Below are positions 12,511-23,577 of a DNA stretch of 64,000 bases, in pieces. This stretch comes from Lama guanicoe (lineage: Eukaryota): assembly GCA_013239625.1 (NCBI GenBank), contig MU053933.1, forward strand, positions 1,759,026 to 1,823,025. Direction: 5' to 3'. The notes under the pieces are model-generated. The model searched no databases, was not told the DNA's origin, and saw only the letters and a program-made list of their open reading frames with translations. Made by a program: the position numbers and the translations under genes. Position 1 is the stretch's first letter. Each line of letters begins with the position of its first letter.

Positions 12511-15500
12511 GTGAGCGTGGCCGGCTGGGCCGACCTGGGGGGTCCCATGCCCATGTCTGCTTCTGCTGTGGCCCTTCCGCTCCATTCTCCCTCCCCTGGG
12601 ATGGCGACCTCGCGGCGGGGGAGGGAGGCGGCGGCAGGAGCCAGTCCTGCCCAGGGCACTTGCTCCAGGGACTGACCGGCCCCTCGCCGCTAGCTCTGGT
12701 TCGGAGCCTTCCTGAAGAAGGTTCGGGTTTCCGCCCATCGCTTTGGTACCAGCAGGTGCTCAGGAGGTCTCCGAGGGGAAGTGCCTGACGCTCAGGCCCG
12801 TCTTCTTCCCATACTCTCTGGCCTCTGACCTCACGTCTCCCCAGGGTGGGTGCTGCGGGGGCCGCTGACTTTTGTGTCGGTCTGTAAGCTAAGCAGAAAA
12901 CGGGTCGTTTCCGTCAATGGGACGTCATCTGTTGTAGCCATGAGTGACGACCTGGCTTCCAGAGCGTCACCGATGACCCTCGGCGCAGCTGTGATGGGGG
13001 TGCCCGCCGTTCCTGCTGCATGTGCAGAGTGGGCGGGTTGGGGACCACGCCCGCCTGGGGCTCTGGGTTCTCTGGTCCAGCTGGCCCCTCACGAGGCTGG
13101 GGTCAGAAACGGGGCCTTTGAGCTCTGGGCCCCCAGATTCTACCTGGAGAGCAGATAAGGACGTCAGCCCGGTGTCTGCACGACCTTGCACACAGGCCGC
13201 AACCATGGCTCCACAGGAGGAGAGCCACCCGCCCGGGGTGGGGCGGGGGCCACGAGGAAGCCCAGGCCCCAGTCCGGGAGCACTTTGTTCTAGAGCTGGG
13301 GAGCGGGCTGGCTTCCCGTGGAGAGCGGCCCGTCTTCTGAGGGCTCTGCCCCAGGCGTCGCGTCTCCTCAGAGCACACTCGGTTGGGCTGGGAATTCTGT
13401 TCTGACTGGGAAGCTTGCTCTCCGGTAGATCCGATTAATGCCTGTGTTTGGGGGGGGCGGGGCTGTCCCAGGGGTGCAGCCCCACTTGCTCTCCAGCGGG
13501 GCCTCCCCTCCGAACTCTGCAGAATGAATTCGCGCCCAGAGCTTTTTGCGTTTCAGATCTTATGTAAATGTGGTTGAACAACTGACAAATGAGGATTGCA
13601 CAGAACCAAGAGGTAGCACATTAGTGTGGGATTAGCCCTAATTCCTAATCAGACACTGGTCCCTTATTAGATGGGTTCTGGCCTCTTTGAGGGTGAGCGG
13701 GGCAGTGGTTACGGAGTGGCCCCAGGCCCCAGCAAGGCCCCATGAGAGCGACTGCTTCCTTGATCCTGGACTTCAGGACACTTCTGAGGGTGCAGGACCA
13801 CGGCACAGGTGTGCGACACCTCTGCCCACAAGTGGCCTCCGTGTGGGGCCGTCCTCGGGCACCCGGGGTGGGTGTCTGCCCGATGCGTCACCCTGTCAGG
13901 ATGGCCAGCCGAGACAGGGAGAGGGAGCAGTTTGTGCGGGTTCTGAGGCTGGCAGGGCTGCTGGGCCCAGGTCAGAGACGGCTTGGCCTGAGAAGGGCCA
14001 CGGACTGCATCACACCTGCATCGGGGGGAGGGGCTCGCTGGCTTTCTAGTCCAGTCTGTCATCCATGTGTCCTTCTCTGACACTTGTCCCGGTGACCAAA
14101 GGGTCACTGATCCACAGTTGGGCAGAGACCCCATGCAAAGGACGTTCCCGGTGCAGCTGAGATCTGCCCGTCACGTCCCCGGCGCTCAGAACTGGGAGGA
14201 AACAGCGAGGGTTTCTCTCTCTGGGTGTGCAGAGCTGTCTCCTCCTGGTCAGTGCGGGACCTGAGCATGGCCTTTTCCGCTGCCGTTCTCCCTGGGGACC
14301 CCGAGTCCCGCTCCGGACTTGCTGAGAGCGGCCTGGCCAAGGCCTTCCTGCGGGGCAGTGGGAGCCCACAGCTCCCTGGACCGAGCACCGCTCAGCTCCA
14401 CATCGGAAGGTGCTGCACCTTCCTAAACGTGGAGGTGCGTCTAGGGAAGGGCGCACGGCCTCTCTTGGACATTTTCAGCTATGGATCGTGTAACCTCAGC
14501 TCCCGCTGACGGGAACAATACAGAAAGTCCAGCAGGTGGGGCCTTCCCCTGGCGGACACCTGGGAGGCCGCAGCGGTCCCAGCTGCCCCGCCAGACATCA
14601 CAGCAGCCGGGGGAGAGGCCATCGCCTCGTCTGTCCGGTCCGTGGGCAAGGACTCTGGCCGAGGTGGGCTCCGTCTCGTGCCGGGTGTCAGGTCATCACT
14701 AGCAAAGGGGCTGGACGCAGCCGGCGTGCCGTGGGGAGAAGGCACCCCACCTGTGAGGGAGCACCTCTTTACGCAGGGAAGTCTGGTCCAGCCAAGCGGG
14801 AGGGCCACAGAAGGTGCCACAGAACCTCTGACCGGGGTCGGGGGGGGCGAGAGCTCAGCCCCTTACACGTCTGTCTGCAGGGTCACCACGTCTGGACACT
14901 GTGGCTGGGGCGCAAGCTTGCTTTTCTCAGGATTCAGGTTCAGATTCAGGTGTAAGAGCCCCAGGACCCAGCACAGTGCGTGAGAAGATGCTGGGTCAGC
15001 CCGATGGACTCCACTCTGGCTGCGTCCACTGCCCAGGACCCCGCGGGTGCAGGGAGGCGTGGGGCTGAGGCGTGGCTAAGGTCACTCCCTTTGGGGGAAA
15101 CAGGCAGAGCTGTGTTGCCCTTTCCTCGTGTTTTAAATACTTCGCACGTTCCTTGCCCTCATTGCTGAAGCTGTTTGCGGCATTGGCTTACGATTTTCCT
15201 CTTCTTTAAAGAAAGAAAATTCCTGCCACTAAGAAATACCCAGTAGGAAAAGACATTGCAGTGGCTCGTGTACCGTGTGCGTAGGTGCGCAGTGGCGGCC
15301 CTGGCGGAAGTCTTACTTCTCACCCTCTATCCCGCGCTCTCCGGCGGCGGCCCCCCGCCATGGACGTGTGTGGTTGGCACCGCCAGTGCCACCTGTCCGC
15401 AGCCTCCCAAACCTGGCGTGTTGATAAATTTCCCTCCCTGTCATCTTGGTTGAAGTGTAGTTACTGCTCTGGGGTTTTTGCTTTTTTTCCCTCCCTAGCA

Positions 15501-16587
15501 CCAAAAACCTTGTTCAAAATTACAACGGTAGCTGTTTTTAATGTTACCGATTTATAACCATATGCAGCAATCAGGTTTCAACCCCCTCTTTGAAATGCAG
15601 CCCGTGTGTGTAAATGTTGTTTAAAACCTCACCAGAGCAGAGTCCGGGGGCAGTGAGTCTGAGTTAGTGCCGCTGCAGACAGGAGACGCTGAAAGCGTCC
15701 CTGGGCTCATAGTTCAGGGAAGTAACCGGCCAGACCCCTTCCTTCCTGCCCAGCCTCTCAGAGTGCGCGTCTGTTCTGTTCAGCATGGGGAGAGGGGCAA
15801 CAGAACCTCCCCAACTGATGCGACAGTGCGACCCTCTGGCAGCAAGGCATTTCTTGGGATTAGCAGCTGAACTGTGCCGTGTTACACACGCGCAGAAGGA
15901 GTCCAGTGTCTGTTATTTGTAGGGAAAACAGCACCTTTGTTTTGCTGACCTGCCGAGTACCCTGTAAAAGCTGCTCACGAGGGTCCCTCAGCCCTCAGCG
16001 GTTAATAAGGGGGCCCTGTGGCGTTCATGCTCTTATTAACCCTCAGAGCCACCCCAGGCCACGGGAGGTGGTAAGGTTGTCTTAGTCACGTCTTCAAAGC
16101 AGAAACTGGATTTCGAAGTGATCGTGTCACGTGCTGAGGCCACAGCCATGGGACAAGAATCCAGGTCCCGAGCCTCGGGCCCAACACGGTCCCCTCCTAG
16201 GTGGAGAAGACTGCGGTGGGTGCGGGGCCCCAGGGGCGGGGGGTGGATGCGCTCAACCGAACTGAAATGTGTGGATCGTTCTTGCTCGACAGAGTTACAC
16301 AAGGGTCCGTTTTTCAACTTTGAAGATGTTATTTCATAATCAGCGTGGATCCATGCACGTAAATGCTTTGACGTTTTTATAACTATAAACATAGTAATGT
16401 GCACTGGTTAAAAAAAAATCCTGCAGCACAGAGTGGACGGCAGGGAAGCGGGTTTCCCGGCTGCCTCCCCGTTGTAGTGCTGTCCTCAGAGGGGGCCGTG
16501 TCCAGTCAGCCCTGGGTCTGGTTCTGCATAGTTTGCACGTGCTTCTGTTTCTCTCTATTTTTGTGGGGGAGATAACAGAAGAATATC

Positions 16588-17703
16588 TCTTTTTTCTGAA
16601 GTGTAGTCAGTTTACAATGTTGCGTCAATTTCTGGTGCACGGCACAGTGCTTCAGTCACACATGTACACACATGTATTTGTTTTCATTACAGGTCACTAC
16701 AAGATATTGAATATCTTGCTGTGCAGCAGAAACTTGTTTATTTTATATGTGTCAGTCAGTATCTGCAAATCTCATACTCCCAATTTATCCCTCCCCACCC
16801 CCTTCCCCCCGGTAACCATAAGTGTGTTTTCTGTGAGTCTGTTGTTGTTTTGTAAATAAGTTCATTTGTCTTTTTTTAGATTCCATATATGAGTGATATC
16901 ATATGGTATTTTTCTTTCTCTTTCTGGCTTACTTCACTCAGTATGACCATTTCCAGGTCCATCCGTGTTGCTACAAATGGCATTATTTTATCATTATGTT
17001 GTTACCCCACAACTTCTTTATCCAGTCATCTGTCATTGGACATTTAGGTTGCTTCCATGTCTTGGCTGTTGTAAATAGTGCTGCTGTGAACACTGAGGTA
17101 CATGTATCTTTTCAACTTAAAGTTCCCTCTGGATATATACTCAGGAGTGGGATTGCTGGATCATATGAGAGCTGTTTTTAGTCTTTTGAGGACTCTCCAT
17201 ACTGCTTTCCACAGTGACTGCACCAATTTACATTCCCACCAGCAGTGTAGGAGGGCTCCCTTTTCTCCACACCCTCTCCAGCATTTATCATTTGTGGACT
17301 CTTTAATGATGGCCATTCTGGCTGATGAGAGGTGATACCTCACGGTTTTGATTTGCATTTCTCTGATAATTAGTGACATTGAGCGTTTTTTCATGTGCCT
17401 GTTGGCCATTCGTACGTCTCCATTGGAGAATTGCTTGTTTAGGTCTGCTGCCCAGTTTTGGATTGGGTTGTTTGTTTTTTCTTATTAAGTTGTATGAGCT
17501 GCTCATATGTTCTGGAAATTAAGCCCTTGTCAGTCTCATCTTTTGCAAATATTTTCTCCCATTCCGTAGGTTGTCTTTTTGCTTTGCTTATGGTTTCTTT
17601 TGCAGTACAAAAGCTTACACGTTTAGTTAGGTCCCATTTGTTTATTTTCGCTTGTATTTCCATTACCTGGGTGGACTGCCCTAGGAGAACATGGCTAAGA
17701 TCT
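16588..17703 (-). mobile_element. 5'-truncated L1 (ORF2 C-terminus and 3' UTR)
   Basis: Minus-strand ORF pieces [28 protein letters not shown] and KINKWDL..SFCTAKET match L1 ORF2; T-rich tail at the left end. Confidence 0.92.
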
Positions 17704-17749
17704 ACTGCTCCTGTTTCTTGATTTGCTAATTTTACTCAGCTCCCCAACA

Positions 17750-17835
17750 GATTTTCACTGAGCAGCTGCCGTGCCCCAGGCACTGTCCTAGACCTTTGGC
17801 TGTCAGTGTGTAAGACAGACCAGACCCTCAGCCTC
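17750..17835 (-). mobile_element. L2 3'-end fragment
   Basis: 'ctgagcagctgccgtgccccaggcactgtcctag...aagacagac'. Confidence 0.5.
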
Positions 17836-20629
17836 CTCGGCGGTACTGTCAGGGATTAGGGATTTAGTCAACTCACAGGCCTCCCGCCTTCTCTCCAGTG
17901 CTGCCACTAAGTTTTGTTAGTTGTATTGTTATTTTTTGTTGTTTTACTGCCCCCTCAAAACTTTAATGTACTTAAATTTCCACTTTTTGTTGGATCGACT
18001 TAGACAGAATATCTCTTGACCCCCCATTATGTAAAATAATTTAGGTTTATGATGTTCATGGTCTGTTGTTTAATTGTAATTAAAATATCCATGCTTCTTT
18101 CTAGGTTGATTTTAAATATTAGAAGGCCAGAAATAGCATTCACAATAAAAAATTTTTTTCACAATAAAGATTTAAAAATTAGTTGCTGTATATGCCACAA
18201 GAAGGAACTGGAAATCCAAGTTTTTGCTGCTTGAAGGAGGGCGTTTTAAGCACCTCATTAAACCAATTGTGGGACATCATGCCCCATGTTAATTTGATTT
18301 ATGTTTGGGTCACAGTTTCCTTGCATATCATTTTTTATTACTTGAAAATCTTAATTGCTTTGCTTTTTATTTTTGAGAAAAGAAACATATTCCTTCTTCA
18401 ACAGCAAAAACTGTCAGCTCCTTAATTATAATCTTTGTTGAACAAATTCTGCTTTCTCTTTAAAAGGTTTCCTGTTTTATTTGGACCAATTTCTTTCCAG
18501 GCCATCTAGGAAGTTGTTATCCTGGCATTTCTTCTAATTTCTTAATGGGGCTATTTCTTCTTTTTCTTAAATCTCATGTCATCCTCTTCATTAGATTCCT
18601 TCTTGTTTGGCTGGACAATATCCTCAAGTAATCGTTTCATAAAGGATGAGTGGAAATTAAAATTTCTGAACCCCTGCCTATCCTGAGTTTATCATAATTT
18701 CTGTCTTCATTCTTTGTATAAGTCAGCATCCTGATAGAAAACAAATGGGATTCAAGCTGCATAAAGGGAGGAGAATTTAGTAAAAGGGCTGTTTACAAAG
18801 ATATAGGCAGAGATCAAAGAAAGCAATAAGAAGGTAAAAAAAGAACTTGAGTTAACGAGTTCTTGCTGATAGTGTAGCTTATTTCAGCCACTGTTTTTTT
18901 GTGAGGAACGAAAGGGCCCAGAGAAAAGTAGAAGTATCAATGGAATTAAAATTTACTGTTCTTGGTCCCAGGGCCCAAATTCTGTGACATTTGTAAAGTG
19001 ACCACATATTGGATTGTGCTCTGGCATCTGATCCTAGAGAAAAGCCTGTTGTGCCCCACTCACTGCTGTTGACCTAAAGGTTTCAGCCCAAGAGCACGCC
19101 CTGAACGGTGAGATGGCCGTTCCAGCACATGCACTATGGAGATAACGTGTAGGATGAACGCAGCGTTGGTTCTTGGTGCGGTCAGCAGACCCGTCATTGG
19201 TGTGTGTGCTCCCGTCTGCATTGGAGCCAGGAGGCCGGGCGGGAAGGAGAGAGCAGCTGGGGGAGGGGTGGGGGAGACGGCTCCAGGGAGCTGGATGGAG
19301 GGCGGGGCCGGGCATCCCAGCTCTGCTGGGACTTCCCAGCAGCCCTGCCCAGCTTCCTACGCTGTTTTGTGCTGACTAGAAGGAATTAAAAGTTAATAAG
19401 CAATTTAAAAATGTAAATGTTGCACAATCATCACCACCATAATGGGAAATTAATCAGTAGGTGAAATTAATGCTTCTGAATCTTTGCTATTTTCTTGCCT
19501 CCCGCCCAGCGCATTACTCTGACTCTTGGTCCTCTGTCTAGTAAAGCCTGCCCCCTGACCTTAGGCGGTCTGGGACACTCCTCATCCCTGGGGGCTCGAA
19601 AGCAGTTTGGATGCCCACGGCAGGGCTTCATGAGTGTTTACTGAGAGAGGAGAGAAGTCCGGTGCTAGAAAGAGGCAGAAAGCTCCGTCTTCTTCCTCAG
19701 GCTTAAGTATTAACTATTTGTAACAGCTGGACGAGTCTGTAAAAGTCACCAGATTCCCCGGTAACTCTTTATCTGGCCATGTTAGCATTAAACTCAGAAA
19801 ATGTTTCTCTCTTATGCCTTTTAAATATTAGCAAATTTTGTTACAACTCGTATCCTTGGAAGTAAGTGTGTTGTCTATGTACTGGGGCTCCTGGTGGGAG
19901 ATGTGTGACTGGTCACTTCCCCTGTGGGATTCGTATTCAGCTCACGTGCAGTTTCTGCTGGGCGCTAGGGCTGGGGCCGGGTCGGGGCGGGACTGCAGCC
20001 AGCCCGGGGCTAGGGCTGCCCTGAAGGCAGCTGACCCCCTCAGCCACTGGCCTGTCCTACCTGAGCAGGGTGGTCTGAAAGGGGCCACAGAAAGAGGTTG
20101 GGTCCCCCCAGAAAAACACAAGCAAGGTCTGTTCCTCAGACACCGCTGTGCTGTGATTTCTGGAGTGCTGGACATTCCTCTGATCCCTCCTCGTCCAGGG
20201 TCTCGAGGTCAGTGAGGAGGAGGGCGGGGCTCACCTCCTGGGGGCACGAGCTCGTGGGGATGCAGGGCGGCTTGGGCTGGCGGCCTTGCGCCACCTCGGG
20301 GAAGCCTGTGGCAGCCTTCACTTTACTTTCTACATGACGTTTCACAGGTCTGATTAATGTTCTTGGAAACCATCCTTTACTTTGAAATGTTTGTATGTCT
20401 GAGATGGTCTGAGTTTGTATTCGGATAGGAAGCTCAAATAAGGCAGACTGCCAAGGGACAGGGGACCGCGTGCTCTGACTTGGGGCAGTCTGACCTTTTC
20501 CAGGCCACACCTGGGTCGGGGTGGCTCCGGGACCGCGAAGTGGGTGGGGACCCCTCCACCCTGGACAGACGCCAATGTGGGCATTTGAAACCCATTGAGT
20601 TTACTCCATTTTCAATCCCTACCTTTTTA

Positions 20630-21400
20630 AAAATCTATTTTAAAAAATATAGTTGATTTACAATGTTGTGTTAGTTTCTGGTGTACAGCAGGGTGGTTCA
20701 GTCATATATACATATTCGTTTTCAGGTTCTTTTCCACTATGGTTTATTACAAGATATTAAATATGGCTCCCTGTGCTGGACAGCAGGACCTTGTTTATCT
20801 AGTCTATATATAGTAGTTTTTAATCTGCTAATCCCAAACTCCTAATTTATCCCTCCCCGCCCCTTTCCCCTTTAGTAACCATAAACTTGTTTTCTACGTC
20901 TGTGAATCTGTTTCTGTTTCATAAATAAGTTCATTTGTGTCATAGTTTAGATTCCACATAAAAGTGACACCATATGGTATTTGTCTTTCTCTGTCTTACT
21001 TCACTTAGTATGACCCTCTCCAGGTCCTTGTTGCAACAGATGGCATTATTTTATTCTTTTTTATGGCTGAGTAGAATGCCATTGTGTACATACACCACAG
21101 CTTCTTTACCCAGTCATCTGTGGATGGACATTTAGGTTGTTTCCATGTCTTGGCTGTTGTATGCAGTGCTGCTGTGAGCACTGGGAAGTATGTGTCTATT
21201 TGAGTTTCCTCCAGATACATGTCCAGGAGTGGGATGGCTGGATCATAGGGTATGTCTGTTTTCAGTCTTTTAAGGAACCTCCATACTGTCCCCCACGTGG
21301 CTGCACCAGTTTGCATTCCCCCCAGCAGTGTGGGAGGGCCCCCTCTCTCCACCCTCTCCAGCATTTATTTGTAGACTTTTTTTTAAACTGGTGAGTGTGT
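20630..21400 (-). mobile_element. 5'-truncated L1 3' end, host of the nested younger L1
   Basis: Translation [36 protein letters not shown] matches L1 ORF2. It appears to resume at 23578 ('ttgtagttttgctttgcat'). Confidence 0.9.
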
Positions 21401-23577
21401 TTATTTGATTTATTTATTTTCTTTTTACATTTTTTATTGCATAATAGTCATTTTACAATGCTGTGTCAAATTCTAGTGTACAGCACAACTTTTCAGCTGT
21501 ATGTGAACATATATATACTCATTGTCACATTTTTTTTTTACTGTGAGCTACCATAAGATCTTGTATATATTTCCCTGTGCTATACAGTATAATCTTGTTT
21601 ATCTATTCTGCATTTTAAAATCCCAGTCTGTCCCTTCCCACCCCTGCCCCCTTGGCAACCACAAGTTTGTATTCTATGTCTATGAGTCTGTTTCTGTTTT
21701 GTATTTATGTTTTGTTTGTTTTGTTTATTGGTTTTTTTTTTTTTTTTTAAAATGACATTCTCCAGGAGCACCCATGTTGCTGCAAATGGCGTTATGTTGT
21801 CGGTTTTTGTGGCTGAATAGTATTCCATTGTATAAATATACCACATCTTCTTTATTCAGTCATCTGCTGATGGACATTAAGGCTGCTTCCATGTCTTGGC
21901 TATTGTAAATAGTGCTGCTATGAACATTGGGGTGCAGGTGTCGTTTTGAAGTAGGGTTCCTTCTGGATTTATGCCCAGGAGTGGGATTCCTGGGTCACAT
22001 GGTAAGTCTATTCCTAGTCTTTTGAGGAATCTCCATACTCTTTTCCACAGTGGTTTTCCTTGCTTCCCTCCCCCACTCTTAATGATTTAGATGTCTTCTT
22101 TTACAATTTTGTGTTTATTCTGTTTGGAATTCATGGTAGTTATCATCTTTCCAGTTATGAGTTTCTCATTTTTGTAGCATCCTGCTGCTTTTCTATTTAG
22201 AGTAGACCTGTCAATATTTCTTTTAGCATGGATTTAGTGTTGCTAAACTCTTTTAGTTTTTGCTTGTCTGTGAAGTTCTTTATCTCTCCTTCTATTCTAA
22301 AGGATAGCCTTGCTGGATAGAGTATCCTAGGCTGCATCTTTTTTTCATTCAGGATTTTGAATATATCTTGCCACTCCCTTCTGGCCTGTAGTGTTTGTGT
22401 CAAGAAATCAGCTGAGAGCCTTATGGGGGTTCCCTTGTAACTCACAATTTGTTTTTCTTTTGCTGCCTTTAGGATCATTTCTTTATCCTTGACTCTGGGC
22501 ATCTTGATTATAATATGTCTTGATGTGGGTCTGTTTGGGTTCTTCCTGTTTGGGACCCTCTGAGCCTCCTGCACTTGGATATCTGATTCCTTTAGGTTCA
22601 GGAAGTTTTCAGTCATGATTTCCTCAAATACCTTTTCAATTCCCTTTGCTCTTTCTTCCCCTTCTGGGACCCCTATTATGCATAGATTGGCACAGTTTAC
22701 ATTATCCCATAGGTCCCTTATATTGTTTTCATTATCTTTTATTTGTTTTTCTCTCAGCTGTTCTGATTGGATGCTTTCTGTTGTCCTGTCTTCTAGGTCA
22801 CTTATTCGTTCCTCTGCATTATCTAGCCTGTTTTGTATGGCCTTTAGGTCAGCTCTCATCTCAGCAAATGAGTTTATTAGTTCTACTTGGTTCTTCTTTA
22901 TAGCTTCTATTTCAGTTTTGACATATTTTGTATCTCTAAACACTATTTCTTTTCGTTCCTTCAGTACTATGATCACTCCTTTTTCGAAATCTTGATCTAG
23001 TAGGCCATCAGTGTCTATTTCCTTGATCGTGCTTTCAGGGGATTTCTCTTGATCTTTTATTTGGGAGTGGTTCCTCTGCTTGTTCATATTGCTCATATCT
23101 CTCTGGCACTGTGGCTTAAGGAGTATCAGTTATCTAGTTCTCCTGGAGACAGTGTGCTCTTAATCATTTTATTGAGAGATCTTTGTGTATTCGCAGTATT
23201 TCATGAACTGAGCTTGCTGTTTCCAGAGGCCCTTTGTTGGCGCCCTCATCTGTGCTGCTCCCAGTGGCTGTCGGCTAGCAGATTGCGCCCCCTCCCAACA
23301 CTGAGTCAGGTGCTGAGCTCTTACCCGGTGGGCAGGCAGGTCACTCCCCCTCCCGATGCCACAGTCAGATGCACTGTTTTGCTTTTTTTTTCTTTCTTTT
23401 TCCCTTTTCTCCTCCCGGATTTTTGGTGTCTTTGTCTTTCGAAGGAGGGTGATGTTCTGTTGGAGTTTGGCAGGTGCTCCGGTTGGCTGAGTGGGTCTGT
23501 AGATGTGAGTTTTGGTGTATTTGTGGGAGAGGGTGAGCTACAAGCGTCCTTCTACTCCACCATCTTGCTTCTCTCCC
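21401..23577 (-). mobile_element. Internally deleted L1 of about 2.2 kb: 5' UTR, ORF1, spacer, ORF2 C-terminal stub, 3' UTR and A-rich tail
   Basis: 5' end GGGAGAGAAGCAAGATGGTGG with a YY1-like motif; open ORF1; junction at 22053/22054 into PLWKRVWRFLKRL...; A-rich tail near 21401-21436. Confidence 0.9.
22197..23096 (-). CDS. L1 ORF1p (coiled coil, RRM, CTD), 299 aa open frame
   Basis: RLDNAEERISDLED, IIGVPEGEE, PIRLSADF, ARREW and YPARLSF are L1 ORF1p hallmarks. Confidence 0.85.
   Translation of the reverse strand: MSNMNKQRNHSQIKDQEKSPESTIKEIDTDGLLDQDFEKGVIIVLKERKEIVFRDTKYVKTEIEAIKKNQVELINSFAEMRADLKAIQNRLDNAEERISDLEDRTTESIQSEQLREKQIKDNENNIRDLWDNVNCANLCIIGVPEGEERAKGIEKVFEEIMTENFLNLKESDIQVQEAQRVPNRKNPNRPTSRHIIIKMPRVKDKEMILKAAKEKQIVSYKGTPIRLSADFLTQTLQARREWQDIFKILNEKKMQPRILYPARLSFRIEGEIKNFTDKQKLKEFSNTKSMLKEILTGLL

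Noticed and set aside
13557..13611. Possible small exon (tttcag|ATC...GAG|gtagca)
   Set aside because: Weak donor and no coding signal; better explained as part of the homeodomain-site region.
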